The notes under the pieces: generated by a model | The model's input: the letters and a program-made list of their open reading frames with translations, nothing else | Databases searched by the model: none | Told to the model about the DNA's origin: nothing | In this document: positions 7,970-14,720 of the stretch, piece after piece | Layout: every line of letters starts with the position of its first letter | Position numbering within the stretch: position 1 is the first letter of the stretch | Program-made: the position numbers and the translations under genes | NCBI RefSeq assembly: GCF_000146505.1 | Contig: NC_017448.1 | Span: forward strand, 1,950,001 to 1,982,000 | Length of the DNA stretch: 32,000 bases | Reading direction: 5' to 3' | Source: Fibrobacter succinogenes subsp. succinogenes S85 | Lineage (GTDB): Bacteria > Fibrobacterota > Fibrobacteria > Fibrobacterales > Fibrobacteraceae

Positions 7970-10204
7970 ATGAAATTGACAAAGCTTCTGACAAGCATCT
8001 TGGCAGGCGCGGCAATATCCGCCTTTGCAGCCGATGCATCGACAGCAACCCCCAAGAAAGTTGGGCCGGTCTCTTATTATGGCGCTCTCCATACAAGCGG
8101 CAGTAAGATCATTGGCGCCAAGAACAACCAGCAGGTCATGCTCCGCGGTGTGAGCCTTTTCTGGTCCGACGCAACGGGTCTTTCTTACTATAACCCAACC
8201 GTCATTTCATGGGTTGTAGACAATCTCAAAATTGACGTGTTCCGCTATGCCATGGGTATTGAATACTACGACTCCAATGGCGGCACCAAGAACAAGCTGG
8301 ACGATCAGGTTTCTTATACGAAGTCCCCGGAAGGCCAGCTCTCCACCATCGACAGAATGGTCCAGGCTGCTATCGAAAACGACGTCTATATCGTCATCGA
8401 CTGGCATAGCCACAGAGCTCACCTCGAAACAAACCTCGCCAAGGACTTCTTCGCCAAGATTTCCCAGAAATACAAAGATGTCCCGAACATCATCTACGAA
8501 ATCTACAACGAACCGGTCAGCGGTAGCGGTGGCGACTGGGGTGCCATCAAGAACTACGCCAACTCCGTCGTGCCGGCTATCCGTACCAACACGCAAAACT
8601 TGATCATCGTCGGTACGCCGAACTGGTCCCAGCATCCGGAACAGGGCGCAAGAGACCCGATCCAATCCACGAACATTGCTTACGTTTTGCACTTCTACGC
8701 CTCCAGCCACTCCAAGGGTAGCTTCGGCGGTTACGTCTCTAGCGCACTCAGCGCCGGTTATCCGGTGTTCATCTCTGAATGGGGTACCACCAACGCTGAC
8801 GGTGACGGCGAACCGAACTCCAGCGCAACAAACGAATGGACTCAGTTCATGGACCAGAACATGATTCCGAACTGCAACTGGAGCTTGCGTCAGCAGACTT
8901 CCGATGTGGACCAGAAGAGTGAAAAGTCCGCCATCTTCGCTGGCGACAAGTCCCTCATCACGGCCGCAGCCCTCGATGCAGCAACTTTCACCTCCTCGGG
9001 TAATATCATCAAGAGCTACCTCACCAAGAACGCACGTTCCTGGGCAGACTCCCTCGTCAAGGGCAAGAGCGGCAGCTGCTCCTTCAAGGCTACAACAGCC
9101 AAGCAGACTGACGGCAAGATTTCTGGAGTCCTCAAGTCCGGTTGTACTTACACCTCCAGCAACGAAAAGGTTGCTTCCGCTTCTGGCAGCGACATCGTCG
9201 TGGGCGACTATGGTTTCGCCATCCTCACTGGTAATGACGGTTCTCAGTCTATCGTGACGGTCAAGCAAGTTGCAGGCCAGACCATCACGAACCTCTCTGA
9301 TATCACTTGCAATTTCTCCGGTAGCTGCACGGCCGCCTCCAAGAACGGCATGTCTCGCGACTTTGACGGTGACGGTACCAAGGACTACCTCCTCACCATG
9401 GACGACAAGACCAATGAAGGCTCCAAGTTCACCCTCACTTCTCTTGACCCGACAACCGTTTCTGTAAGCAAGAACAAGTGCACTAACGCCAACTGCTCCA
9501 ACTCTCAGAAGAATCAGCAAGTTTGGATGTTGCACTTCCACAAGTACGGCACAGCCAAGGTCGTTGCATCTGCACCGGCAATTACAGGCTTCCGCGCCAT
9601 GCAGGACACCTTCGAAATCACTTACAAGAAGGGTTCCTACAACATGAACAACAAGTTCAAGGATCAGACCATCGCTCTTGGCGGAACCACTACAGAAGGA
9701 TTCCCGGATGCATTGCTCGGCAACGCCGTTACCTACACGTTCAACGGCCAGCCCACCACGCCTTACTTGACCAAGGTCGGCAACGCCTTCGTCGGTGGCG
9801 CCCAGAACGCAATCTTCGCTATTACGGCCCACATTGCAGAAACTGCCGACTACGAAGAATTCGAAAGAACTGTAACGGTTATCGTTGGCGACGCAGGCAC
9901 GGCAGTCAACTTGGCCGAATGGATTGCATACACCAACCCGATCGACGCCATCAAGCCGGCTAACAAGATTGTAAACAGCTTCAACGCCCGCATGGACGGT
10001 TCGATGCTCCAGTTCACGACCAAGAACACTGGCCTCGTGAAAGTTGACATCTATGACGCTCTCGGCGCAAGCGTGAAGCAGATGTCCGAAGTCTACGGCA
10101 AGGGCAGCCACGCTATCGACCTCAAGGGTCTCCCGAACGGCTCCTACACGCTCGTTGTCCGCCAGGGCAGCCAGAAGGCCTCCATCCGCTGGGTGAACAA
10201 GTAA
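7970..10204 (+). CDS. Glycoside hydrolase family 5 endoglucanase (cellulase): signal peptide, GH5 catalytic domain, ~330-aa uncharacterised middle region, Por/T9SS-type C-terminal sorting domain
   Basis: 744-aa ORF with signal peptide ...AISAFA/ADAS. GH5 hallmarks are present: VIDWHSH, IYEIYNEP (acid/base Glu181), GTPNWSQ, HFYASSH and FISEWGT (nucleophile Glu270). The C-terminus ...LPNGSYTLVVRQGSQKASIRWVNK resembles the sorting domain of the paralogs. An AAGGAAAA Shine-Dalgarno sits upstream of the ATG. Confidence 0.9.
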   Translation: MKLTKLLTSILAGAAISAFAADASTATPKKVGPVSYYGALHTSGSKIIGAKNNQQVMLRGVSLFWSDATGLSYYNPTVISWVVDNLKIDVFRYAMGIEYYDSNGGTKNKLDDQVSYTKSPEGQLSTIDRMVQAAIENDVYIVIDWHSHRAHLETNLAKDFFAKISQKYKDVPNIIYEIYNEPVSGSGGDWGAIKNYANSVVPAIRTNTQNLIIVGTPNWSQHPEQGARDPIQSTNIAYVLHFYASSHSKGSFGGYVSSALSAGYPVFISEWGTTNADGDGEPNSSATNEWTQFMDQNMIPNCNWSLRQQTSDVDQKSEKSAIFAGDKSLITAAALDAATFTSSGNIIKSYLTKNARSWADSLVKGKSGSCSFKATTAKQTDGKISGVLKSGCTYTSSNEKVASASGSDIVVGDYGFAILTGNDGSQSIVTVKQVAGQTITNLSDITCNFSGSCTAASKNGMSRDFDGDGTKDYLLTMDDKTNEGSKFTLTSLDPTTVSVSKNKCTNANCSNSQKNQQVWMLHFHKYGTAKVVASAPAITGFRAMQDTFEITYKKGSYNMNNKFKDQTIALGGTTTEGFPDALLGNAVTYTFNGQPTTPYLTKVGNAFVGGAQNAIFAITAHIAETADYEEFERTVTVIVGDAGTAVNLAEWIAYTNPIDAIKPANKIVNSFNARMDGSMLQFTTKNTGLVKVDIYDALGASVKQMSEVYGKGSHAIDLKGLPNGSYTLVVRQGSQKASIRWVNK

Positions 10205-10241
10205 TTAAATAATGGCGGGCTCCGCCCGCAAAACAAATGTG

Positions 10242-10274
10242 AAAAACTCCAGCCACTGGCTGGAGTTTTTTTTT
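10242..10274. terminator. Bidirectional intrinsic terminator after GH5
   Basis: 9-bp perfect stem ACTCCAGCC / GGCTGGAGT (10246-10254 / 10258-10266), flanked by an A-run on the left and a 9-nt T-run on the right. Confidence 0.8.
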
Positions 10275-10308
10275 CATGCGAAATTTTTGAAAAGAATTTC
10301 CGCTGAAA

Positions 10309-10473
10309 TTAGTCCTTAAAGACGAATGCGTAACCGAGAACGACCTTTTCCGTTGTCGAGAAATTGTAGTAGCGTTTGATCTTAATCGTAAGCGGACTAG
10401 ACGAAGGTGCTACGAATTCAACAAGTTCAAACGGGTTGTACAGCGAGTTCGAAATTGCGATGCTTGTGGGCAT
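10309..10473 (-). CDS. Possible small ORF (54 aa), function unknown
   Basis: ATG at 10473 and stop at 10309, read by hand (too short for the ORF track). It translates to MPTSIAISNSLYNPFELVEFVAPSSSPLTIKIKRYYNFSTTEKVVLGYAFVFKD. It sits alone between the opp-operon terminators and the bidirectional GH5 terminator. I see no convincing Shine-Dalgarno sequence. Confidence 0.2.
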   Translation of the reverse strand: MPTSIAISNSLYNPFELVEFVAPSSSPLTIKIKRYYNFSTTEKVVLGYAFVFKD

Positions 10474-10558
10474 AGTCCGTGACGTCTGACTTCTTCAAGA
10501 TATTCTAATTTATTAAAAACGCTGGCTTTTATTTTTCCATTCCATACAAAAAGAAAAA

Positions 10559-10620
10559 CCGCAGCGGTTGTTGCGGCTTTTCGAATTGCACAAAAGGCGC
10601 CCCCGGAACGGCGTCCGGGG
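10559..10620 (-). terminator. Tandem terminator hairpins after the ABC transporter operon
   Basis: In minus-strand RNA there are two hairpins. The first is CCCCGGA-CGCCGU-UCCGGGG (10601-10620). The second is CCGCA...UGCGG (10559-10576), followed by UUUUUCUUUUU. Confidence 0.65.
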
Positions 10621-10631
10621 TGACATTTGCA

Positions 10632-11441
10632 TTACTTCTTAGAACGATGGCTGTTCTTGATCCATTCAGTCTTGTGGACTTCCGGAATGTCATCAAGCAA
10701 GCGGAGCGTATGCGGTTCGTTCGTGTTGTCGAGCACTTCAGCAGGAGTACCCTGGTTCACGATCTTACCGTCGTGCATGATGAAGATACGGTCAGAAACG
10801 TAGTTTGCAAGACCGATATCGTGGGTCACGAACACCACGGTCATCTTCAGCTCGTCTTTCAACTTGCGGAGGTAATCGAGGATGTTTGCACGAACGCAGG
10901 CGTCCACCATGGAGGTTGCTTCGTCAGCAATGAGGACCTTCGGACGGAGCGCGAAGATACGGGCGAGAAGCATACGCTGCATCTGACCACCAGAGAGTTC
11001 GAACGGATACTTACCTTCGATATCTGCCGGAGCGACGTTAACGGCCTTGAGACCTTCGTCAACGCGGCGACGTACTTCTTCCTTGGACGGCTTGTCCTTG
11101 AGGATGTTGAGAGCGTCTTCGAGCTGGCTACGGATTGTGAAGAACTGGTTAAAGCAGCCAAACGGGTCCTGGAAAACGGACTGGACTTCGTTCCAGTGGT
11201 CCTTCAGGTTCTTGATCGGCTTGTCGCGATAGAGGAACTGACCGCGAGTCGGCTGGTAAAGGCCGAGCATGATCTTAGCAAGCACGGACTTACCGCAACC
11301 AGAACCACCCACGATGGAGATGAATTCTTCGTCATAGATGTCAAAGGAAACATCCTTAACAGCAGTCTTCAAGCTCTTGCCGGCACCGAAATCCTTGCTG
11401 ATGCGCTTGGCAGAAAAAACAATGGGCTTATCACTTTGCAT
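10632..11441 (-). CDS. ABC transporter ATP-binding protein, OppF/DppF-like
   Basis: 269 aa with Walker A GGSGCGKS, signature LSGGQMQR and Walker B LIADEATSMVD. It overlaps the upstream ATPase gene by 11 nt. Confidence 0.9.
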   Translation of the reverse strand: MQSDKPIVFSAKRISKDFGAGKSLKTAVKDVSFDIYDEEFISIVGGSGCGKSVLAKIMLGLYQPTRGQFLYRDKPIKNLKDHWNEVQSVFQDPFGCFNQFFTIRSQLEDALNILKDKPSKEEVRRRVDEGLKAVNVAPADIEGKYPFELSGGQMQRMLLARIFALRPKVLIADEATSMVDACVRANILDYLRKLKDELKMTVVFVTHDIGLANYVSDRIFIMHDGKIVNQGTPAEVLDNTNEPHTLRLLDDIPEVHKTEWIKNSHRSKK

Positions 11442-12429
11442 AATCGCACCTCACGTCACGATCGCCGACAATGCGGAGATTCTGGGTATTCTTCTTGCAG
11501 TCCGGGCATGCCTTGCTGCAACGCGGAGCGAAGCGGCAGCCCACAATCTTGTTCTTGAGGCTAGGAGGAGCACCTTCGATAGCCACCGGATGACGGCCAC
11601 GCTGGCTTGCCTCGGTACTGAGCATAGCGCCCATCAAAGCCTGCGTATACGGATGACGCGGGTCCTTGACGACCTGTTCTGCAGTACCCTTTTCCACGAT
11701 TTCGCCTGCATACATAATGGCGATGTTGTCTGCCACGTGGTAGAGGAGCGGAAGTTCGTGGGTAATGAAGATCATCGATTGGAAGATGCCCTTGTCGAGC
11801 AAGTCGAAGATCATCTTGATCACTTCCTTCTGCGTGGAAACGTCCAAAGCAGAAGTCGGTTCGTCAGCAATCACCATCTTCGGGAGAAGAATCGTAGAGA
11901 TTGCAATCACGCAACGCTGGCGTTCACCTGCAGTAAGGTTGATCGGGAAGGAATTGAGCACGCGCTTGGTATCCATACCGATACGGTCGAAGTGAGCATA
12001 GACACGATCGTAGATCTGCTTAGCATCAAGCTTCTCACCCGGCTTCAAGTGAGCCTTGAGCACGTCGGCGGCGATATCCTTGATCTTGCGAACCGGGTTC
12101 AATGCGTTGAATGCGCCCTGCGGAATCATGGAGACCTGCTGAGCGAGGACATTCGCGCGAACATCTTCGATGCTGCGGTTCATGAGGGATTCCATCTTGT
12201 CGCCGTTCTTGACGCGAACGTCACCCGTTTCCGGGTAAAGCGGCGGGATGCACATGCCCATGAGACCAGAAACGAGCGTAGACTTACCGCAACCAGATTC
12301 ACCGGCGATACCGAGAATTTCCCCCTGCTTCATGGAGAAGGACACGTCTGTAACAGCGTGAGTCTTGTCTCCAAAACGGCCGAGGTAATAAAGACCCAAG
12401 TGGTCAACTTCAAAAACATTTTCAGACAT
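11431..12429 (-). CDS. ABC transporter ATP-binding protein, OppD/DppD-like, with the Opp-type C-terminal extension
   Basis: 332 aa with Walker A GESGCGKST, a degenerate signature LTAGERQR, Walker B VIADEPTSALD and a C-terminal Cys-containing tail (GCRFAPRCSKACPDC) as seen in OppD/DppD. Confidence 0.9.
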   Translation of the reverse strand: MSENVFEVDHLGLYYLGRFGDKTHAVTDVSFSMKQGEILGIAGESGCGKSTLVSGLMGMCIPPLYPETGDVRVKNGDKMESLMNRSIEDVRANVLAQQVSMIPQGAFNALNPVRKIKDIAADVLKAHLKPGEKLDAKQIYDRVYAHFDRIGMDTKRVLNSFPINLTAGERQRCVIAISTILLPKMVIADEPTSALDVSTQKEVIKMIFDLLDKGIFQSMIFITHELPLLYHVADNIAIMYAGEIVEKGTAEQVVKDPRHPYTQALMGAMLSTEASQRGRHPVAIEGAPPSLKNKIVGCRFAPRCSKACPDCKKNTQNLRIVGDRDVRCDYAK

Positions 12430-12439
12430 TTTTTACCTC

Positions 12440-13285
12440 TTACTTGCGCAGACGCGGGTTGAAGACGCCTTCCATAGAAGTGTTAATCAAGTACAGAGCA
12501 AACACCGTGAGGGTAACGACGATCGTTGCCGGGATGAATGCAATCCAGATGGAGTCGGAGAGAGCACCGTTATCCTTAGCCTGGTTCAAGATGATGCCGA
12601 AGCTAGTGGAATCGACAGGGCCAAGACCGATCATGGAGATGGATGCTTCGGAAAGAATACCGGAAGACACCTGCATGATGAACACCATGAACACGTACGA
12701 GAGCAAGTACGGAAGCACATGCTTGATCACAATCGTGAGAGTCGATGCACCGTTGAGGCGGGCAAGGGCAATGTGGTCGCGGCTACGGAGAGAAGAAGCC
12801 TGAGCACGAACGGCACGGGCAGACCAGCTCCAAGCGGTAAGACCGATGATGAGACCAATCAAGGTGAGGGAACGGCCATCCTTAACAGCGGAGCTGATAA
12901 GAACGAGAATCACGAACTGCGGGATAACGATGAAGATGTTGGTGAGCATGTTCAATACTTCATCAACCCAGCCACCGCGGAAACCGCCGAACAAGCCGAT
13001 AAGCACACCGATAGTCGTAGCAATGATACCTGCAACGAAGCCCACATAGAGGGAGCTGCGGAGACCGGCGATCAAGAGGGACACGTAGTCACGGCCGAGG
13101 TGGTCCGTGCCGAGCCAGTGAGCAGAGCTAGAACCTGCATACGGGCCAGCGACGATGTCACGAGCGTGAGTATCTACGTTGTAGAAAAGAGGTCCAAAGA
13201 TGGCGATGAGGAGCGTGAGCACAAAGATGGACACGCCAATCACGAACATCGGGGACTTGAGAAGGTTTCTTAAAAGCTTACCCAT
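12440..13285 (-). CDS. ABC transporter permease, OppC/DppC-like
   Basis: 281 aa and polytopic. It contains the binding-protein-dependent transport EAA-like region (ALARLNGASTLTIVIKHVLP). Confidence 0.85.
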   Translation of the reverse strand: MGKLLRNLLKSPMFVIGVSIFVLTLLIAIFGPLFYNVDTHARDIVAGPYAGSSSAHWLGTDHLGRDYVSLLIAGLRSSLYVGFVAGIIATTIGVLIGLFGGFRGGWVDEVLNMLTNIFIVIPQFVILVLISSAVKDGRSLTLIGLIIGLTAWSWSARAVRAQASSLRSRDHIALARLNGASTLTIVIKHVLPYLLSYVFMVFIMQVSSGILSEASISMIGLGPVDSTSFGIILNQAKDNGALSDSIWIAFIPATIVVTLTVFALYLINTSMEGVFNPRLRK

Positions 13286-13287
13286 GA

Positions 13288-14703
13288 TTACTTACCTCCC
13301 ATCTGGAGACCGGCCTTGACACGCGGGTCAAAGACAGCGATCAAAACGTCAACTGCAAAGTTTGCAACGAGAACGCAGGTAGAAATCATCAAGGTGCAAC
13401 CCTGGATCGTTGCGTAGTCGTTCTTCTGAATGGCATTGAGCATTGCCATACCGAGACCCGGATAAGAGAAGATCATTTCGGTAATGAGAGCGCCACCCAC
13501 CATGGCACCGAGGCTCTGGGCAAGACCAGTGAGCTGCGGGAGCATAGCGTTGCGGAACACATAGCTAATAATCTTGCCTTCGCGGAGGCCGAGCCACTTA
13601 GCATACTTCATGTAGTCTGTACCGAGTTCGTAAATGGACATGGAACGCATACCCGTTGCCTGACCAGAAAGAAGAATCGGGAACACAGAGAAGAACGGGA
13701 GCACGTAGTACCAGCTGACGCTCTTGAAGCAGGACCAGCTGAACGTGAGTTCCGGAATGTCCGGGCTGTAAGCGCCCATAGCCGGGAACCAGCCAAGCGT
13801 GATGGAGAAGAATGCCACGAGGAGCATACCGAACACGAAGAACGGCACACCGTTGAGGAACATGGCGCACGGGAAGAATACCTTGTCGAAAATGCCGCGC
13901 TTGTAAGCAGCGAAGGCACCGAGAAGGTTTCCCACGATCCAGCCGAGAAGAATCGTCGGAGCCTGGATAGCGAGCGTCCACGGGAGGGACTTCTTGATAA
14001 CGTTCGTCACCGGTTCGTTGTTCTGGTAAGAGAGACCGAGGTCGCCGTGGAACACGTTGCCCACATAGCGGAAGAACTGAGAAACTGCAGAAGCAAGCTT
14101 CGGATCGGTCTTCAAGACCGGCTGATCAACCATGACGGTATCGATGCGTTCGGCCTGAACCTTTTCCATGACCGGAATCTTTTCGACAGCAGCTGCAGCG
14201 ACAGCCTTAGCAGCCTTGCCCTTCTTGGCCTTGACCTTCTTAGCCTTCTTAGCTTTCTTGCCCTTCTTGCCCTTGTGATCGGCAGGAGCCTTTTCAACAA
14301 AGACCGGGTTGCCAGCTTCATCGAGCTTCTGGCGTTCGACCATCACCGGATTGCCGGCTTCGTCAACAACCTTCACGACGTTCACGACCGGCTGGCCGTT
14401 TTCGTCAAGCTGCGGAACCTTCTGCATGACAACGTTGCCGTTGGCGTCAGTTTCCGGTTCATAGATAACGTTACCATTTTTGTCCAATTCAGCCATGCCG
14501 AAAGAGACGAGGAGTTCAGCCTTTTTCTTCTGAGCTTCAGTCGGAGAAAGGCCCTTACCGGCTTGACCCATGATGATGTCAACCGGGTTGTTGTCGCCGA
14601 GACGCGGCAACGCGAAGTTGAGTGCCACTGCACAGACGAAGGTCAACAAGTACCAGAACGCCTTCTGCAGGACATAACGTAGCATAGGATATTGTTTAAG
14701 CAT
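13288..14703 (-). CDS. ABC transporter permease, OppB/DppB-like, with a ~130-aa insertion in the first extracytoplasmic loop
   Basis: 471 aa. The OppB-like N-terminus (LRYVLQKAFWYLLTF...LPRLGDNNP) and the motif FHGDLGLSYQ are separated by about 170 aa, against a few tens of residues in typical OppB. The EAA-like region is KWLGLREGKIISYVFRNAMLP. An AAAGGA Shine-Dalgarno precedes the ATG at 14703. Confidence 0.85.
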   Translation of the reverse strand: MLKQYPMLRYVLQKAFWYLLTFVCAVALNFALPRLGDNNPVDIIMGQAGKGLSPTEAQKKKAELLVSFGMAELDKNGNVIYEPETDANGNVVMQKVPQLDENGQPVVNVVKVVDEAGNPVMVERQKLDEAGNPVFVEKAPADHKGKKGKKAKKAKKVKAKKGKAAKAVAAAAVEKIPVMEKVQAERIDTVMVDQPVLKTDPKLASAVSQFFRYVGNVFHGDLGLSYQNNEPVTNVIKKSLPWTLAIQAPTILLGWIVGNLLGAFAAYKRGIFDKVFFPCAMFLNGVPFFVFGMLLVAFFSITLGWFPAMGAYSPDIPELTFSWSCFKSVSWYYVLPFFSVFPILLSGQATGMRSMSIYELGTDYMKYAKWLGLREGKIISYVFRNAMLPQLTGLAQSLGAMVGGALITEMIFSYPGLGMAMLNAIQKNDYATIQGCTLMISTCVLVANFAVDVLIAVFDPRVKAGLQMGGK

Positions 14704-14720
14704 TGGTAGTCCTTTATCCT

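Noticed and set aside
8207-10111. Very long antisense ORFs opposite real genes. Examples: 634 aa opposite GH5; 706 aa at 29301..31421 opposite iorAB; 586 aa at 14703..16463 opposite the SBP gene; 360 aa at 6517..7599 opposite paralog C; 328 aa at 18737..19723 opposite the repeat protein. There are others at 10620..11558, 11338..12462, 17589..18575, 23293..24036, 24563..25504, 26251..27219 and 27549..28544.
   Set aside because: Their translations are low-complexity Arg/His/Val/Asp-rich strings with no motifs, Shine-Dalgarno sequences or signal sequences. The opposite strand in each case encodes a protein with clear family motifs. Such shadow ORFs are expected when sense-strand codon usage avoids TTA/CTA/TCA.
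10446-10462. A tRNA-like T-loop string (GAGTTCGAAAT) in the GH5/opp intergenic region.
   Set aside because: The flanking bases cannot form a T-arm, and there is no acceptor stem or anticodon arm. No cloverleaf can be drawn. The string lies inside the 54-codon ORF.
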